DNA of 64,000 nt, from assembly GCA_012295275.1 (NCBI GenBank), contig CM022665.1, positions 3,472,001 to 3,536,000 of the forward strand, in the 5' to 3' direction. The stretch is from Chrysomallon squamiferum. Lineage: Eukaryota > Animalia > Mollusca. Each line of letters starts with the position of its first letter. The first letter of the stretch is position 1. The notes beneath the pieces are model-generated. The model searched no databases, was not told where the DNA came from, and was given only the letters and a program-made list of their open reading frames with translations. Made by a program: the position numbers and the translations under genes. Of this stretch, positions 56,647 through 64,000 are shown piece after piece.

Positions 56647-57089
56647 CATCATTGTTGTTTGGGAAATGTCGGTTTACTTTAAGGATATGAGAAACTTTGA
56701 TATATTGACAGTTTTTATTTTCACGAATGTTTGAAGTCCGCAACTCGAGCGGAGAAAAATTAACTCGTTTTCTTTTCTTTTTTTTTTTAACACCTTTTAC
56801 GTGTACTAACCTTGCTGCGAGGTTGAACGGCACATTAATGCTGTCATGGTCCGTGGTGTGTTTGTTCGTGTTTAAATTATTACGAAACTGTTTTTGTCAT
56901 CTTCGCTTGATCTTCAGTTCGTGGAGAGAAAAGAAATATGCGTACAGCGCTGACAGTTGGAGTTTTTCTTCAGCATCCTTTTATTAAGCAGTTTATATCT
57001 GTTAATTACCAGCCGATGTGTAATGAAAAAATTCGGAGAAAAGGTAATAAATAATGTTTTGAATAAAATAATTTATGGACAGTTGCACC

Positions 57090-57127
57090 CACACAAACAC
57101 ACAAAACACACACACACACACACACAC

Positions 57128-57174
<47 letters not shown>

Positions 57175-57580
57175 CGCAAATTCATACATACATATAAATG
57201 TATACAGATAAAAAGAGAAAAGGGTAGGCAAATACTTAGACATATACAGACACAGAGAGACAAACAGACAGACACATATATACATGCATACATGCATGCA
57301 TACATACATACATACATACATACACATACATATACACATGTATACATACATACATAAATATAAACATGTATACATACATACATACACACATACATGTATA
57401 CATACATTCATACGTACGTACATACACATGCATACATACATACATACATGCATGCATACATACATACATACGCACCTACATGTATACATACATTCATACA
57501 TACGTACGTACGAACATAATACATACATACATATATACATACATACATACATGCTTACACACATACATACATACATACAC
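57090..57580. repeat. (CA)n plus degenerate (TACA)n array
   Basis: Directly visible; gives the MYVC/HTYI ORFs. Confidence 0.93.
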
Positions 57581-59617
57581 AAGCTGTCTGCCACTACTTA
57601 TAACTATTTTTTTTTAATATTTACACTGAAAACCGAAAGTTACTTTTCAGAATAATACTAGTTGGATAAACGGATTAGCCATTATCCACGAGATTATCCC
57701 AGCGTGCACGAACGATGAGCTGATATTTATTGTACGGCAAATTTTAGAAGTCAGTTAACAGCGCTTAATACAGTGCACTAGAAGACTCCACAAAGGTGAG
57801 AAAATTCATCCAAATTTTTGTTAATGAGACTATGGTTTTGTTGCGTGTATCCCAAGCATCAACTAATCGTTCAGCGAAGCGCAACCTCTTTCTATCGTTA
57901 AAACACGAAGAAAACCTAAATTAATGAATGCTAAAACATGGTGCATCACCGCGCGATAAATAATAAATGTCTGGGACAATGTTTCGCAAGTTTTTTCCAT
58001 CCCGTTAGGGACCCGATAGCATATGGCGAAATGGCGACCGAACAAGCCCAAAGGTCTGAGCTGGGTCTCGTACGATTGCAAATATATCTGTCGATCCAAA
58101 TGCCGGATTGACTCACGAGACCTAAAACAGCCCGGGTTCAAGCTCGACAGATCTGAAATGTTAAGGGGAACATTGCCTGTTAATTATGTAGTTTATCAAA
58201 TTAATTTGTCTACTTTTCATCGCATTGGCCTTTGTCTGGTTCGTTGAGCGAAAAGATCAATTGGGGCCACAATTGCAAGTTCTTTTTCTTCGGCGAGCCA
58301 ATCTTAAAGACAAACCCATCTTCTAGAAATCGATTAATCAACTTTGGTTCGGCCAGGGTGAAACTTTGACGTTAATGTATGCAGATTATACCCAGGCTGT
58401 TTGCAGACGAACAATTAATGTCCGGCGGTACTTTCTGGGGCTGTGAAAAGTGTCTTTGTTTATCGTTGGTTTGTTTTGTAAAATTATTCATATGTCCCAA
58501 ACGTCAGTAGTTTCATGAGGAAAAACGGTTCTGAAGGTTTGTTGAATTCACTGAGCATTGCATTCACTGAATAAATGAAAAACAAACATCCAGATTGTCG
58601 CCTTGTTTTTTTGTTTTTGTTTTTTTAAAGTTATTAAAATGATATTTATTTTCATCATCATTTCTGTTATTATTATTATCGTCATCATTATTTCTATTAA
58701 TTTATAATTTAAAATTAAATTAAAAAGAAAAAAGAAAAGCCTTCTCAATGAGCAAAAAATCTATCTTGTACAGAACTTTCTGATGAGATCAATAGTTTCT
58801 TTAATAGAAGTGTTCCAAAAATGACCCATAACCACTTAAAAAAAAAAAAAAAAAAAATATAGAGAGAGAGAAAGAAATCTTAATAAGAAATTTATTTCTG
58901 TTCGTTTTCCCTATTTCTTTCCCACGCGGGTCAACTCACATAACAAAAAAAAAAAAAAAAAAATAAAAAAATATTAAAAAAAAGGAAAAAGAAAAACTAT
59001 TAATAACTGAGTAAAATATTATTTCCTCGATATCTGTCTATATCTACGTCCGTTTAATTTTTTTTTTTTTTTTTTGTATTTCTTTTAGTACTCAGAACGC
59101 GTACATGTCTTCGTTTCTTATTCGTTAAATTTAAAAAAAAAAAAAAAAAAAGAGAGAGAGAGAAAAAAAAAAGGAAAAAAGAAAAGAAAAGAAAAAAAGA
59201 AAAAAAAAAAAAAAATCCTACTAGACGGAACTCTTTGAATTTGATTTAGGTAATTATCTGTAAAAAATTTGTCACATTTGGCGCGAAGTGGAACGTATCG
59301 ACAGTAAGGTTTTAAAGCTCGCGCTCTGCGGGAAAAGCACGAGAACTACTCTCGTCTGCGTCGATGCGCGTGCTCTCCGCGTGCAGACGGCGACTGGAGC
59401 ACATGTTGAGACGTGTGCAGCAGTTTTGCACTTTTTTCTGGGATCAAGATTTATGTTTTAAAGAAAGCCACTCAAGTCGTCATCAAATATTAACATAATA
59501 AGATTAAAAGAAGCGATGGCTGGGTTATAACCAGCGTCCCAGAAACTTCACTTTGTTAACAGAAAATGCATTTGTTTTATTAATAAAGTAAGATTTCGTG
59601 TACAAAACATTATAATG

Positions 59618-59667
<50 letters not shown>

Positions 59668-59689
59668 TGACAAAAGAAAAAAGAAATTA

Positions 59690-63775
<4,086 letters not shown>

Positions 63776-63868
63776 ATGATAATGTTTGTGTGTGTGTGTG
63801 TTTGATTGTAATACTTAGCTGTTATAGAGTATCTATCGTTTATTTAGCATGCTACAATCACACACGCA

Positions 63869-63914
<46 letters not shown>

Positions 63915-64000
63915 GAACTAAGGGAGAAAAGTAGTAACAGCCAACAAATTATTTTTATACAGTTATCTCCCTTCCGTGTTCACGATAACTAAAGCAAGAA

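Noticed and set aside
56957-57655. Several ORFs of 79-173 aa rich in MYVC/HTYI
   Set aside because: Translations of the (CA)n and (TACA)n arrays.

Overview
AT-rich, microsatellite-dense animal genomic DNA, probably an invertebrate bilaterian (a lophotrochozoan such as a mollusc is a guess from composition and the MHLP-type Runx N-terminus). It holds one complete 5-exon Runx (runt-domain) gene on + (CDS join 33605-33980, 43132-43245, 46462-46665, 46992-47123, 47452-48290; about 554 aa, ending VWRPY). Head-to-head with it on the minus strand is the 5' end of a Supt3h (SAGA Spt3) gene that the ORF track misses: coding exon 27152-27231 (MATPQSSPANKAVSTTNWFASEVQQM-M, GTGAGT donor) and a YY1/NRF1/E-box promoter at about 32.33-32.38 kb. 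I found no further Supt3h exon in 1-27151, so that stretch is probably one intron of more than 27 kb. The most interesting signal is a set of independent clues for a vertebrate-RUNX2-like dual-promoter locus interlocked with Supt3h: a branch point plus CAG acceptor inside the first Runx coding exon exactly at MHLPT|D (like vertebrate MRIPV|D), and a CpG-retaining, Runx-site-rich, CCAAT/M-box element at about 11.4-12.7 kb inside the Supt3h intron with two phase-1 donor exon candidates. Almost all other ORFs in the track are simple-repeat or low-complexity artefacts. Motif and CpG counts are by hand; no alignments or database searches were run.
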